The position numbers and the translations under genes are program-made. From assembly GCA_030141605.1 (NCBI GenBank), contig JAQGDQ010000711.1, positions 1 through 64,000 of the forward strand: a DNA stretch of 64,000 bases. The letters are read 5' to 3'. This stretch comes from Tubiluchus corallicola (Eukaryota; Animalia; Priapulida). This document shows, one piece after another, positions 63,950-64,000 of this stretch. How positions within the stretch are numbered: position 1 is the first letter of the stretch; each line of letters opens with the position of its first letter. The notes below the pieces were generated by a model, which made no database searches, was not told the origin of the DNA, and saw nothing but the letters and a program-made list of their open reading frames with translations.

Positions 63950-64000
<51 letters not shown>
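63555..64000. repeat. (CT)n microsatellite
   Basis: Direct inspection. Confidence 0.97.

Overview
AT-rich animal (invertebrate-like) nuclear genomic DNA with spliceosomal introns; not prokaryotic. It carries three host genes. (1) The last two coding exons of a JIP3/JIP4 (Sunday driver) kinesin/dynein adaptor (+, 2056-2196 and 3666-3805) plus a long 3'UTR region. (2) A convergent Hook dynein adaptor whose whole CDS is one exon (-, 9529-11589). (3) A divergent adenylate cyclase type 9 gene (+) with a large first coding exon (19343-20927), a ~42.4 kb phase-1 intron and the next exon (63347-63503). The non-coding space holds many non-autonomous DNA transposons (piggyBac-, hAT-, Kolobok-, Harbinger- and Sola-like, some nested), LINE/SINE remnants and about 16 unrelated minisatellite arrays totalling roughly 12 kb. 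Several arrays arise from transposon sequence and several show nascent higher-order structure. I found no CRISPR array and no clearly new gene system. The most notable signals are the transposon-to-satellite transitions, an 82-bp hAT mini-element inside a long foldback in the JIP3 3' region, a bipartite RTE element with an 18-bp TSD, and the intronless Hook CDS. All calls were made by eye and family assignments need database confirmation.
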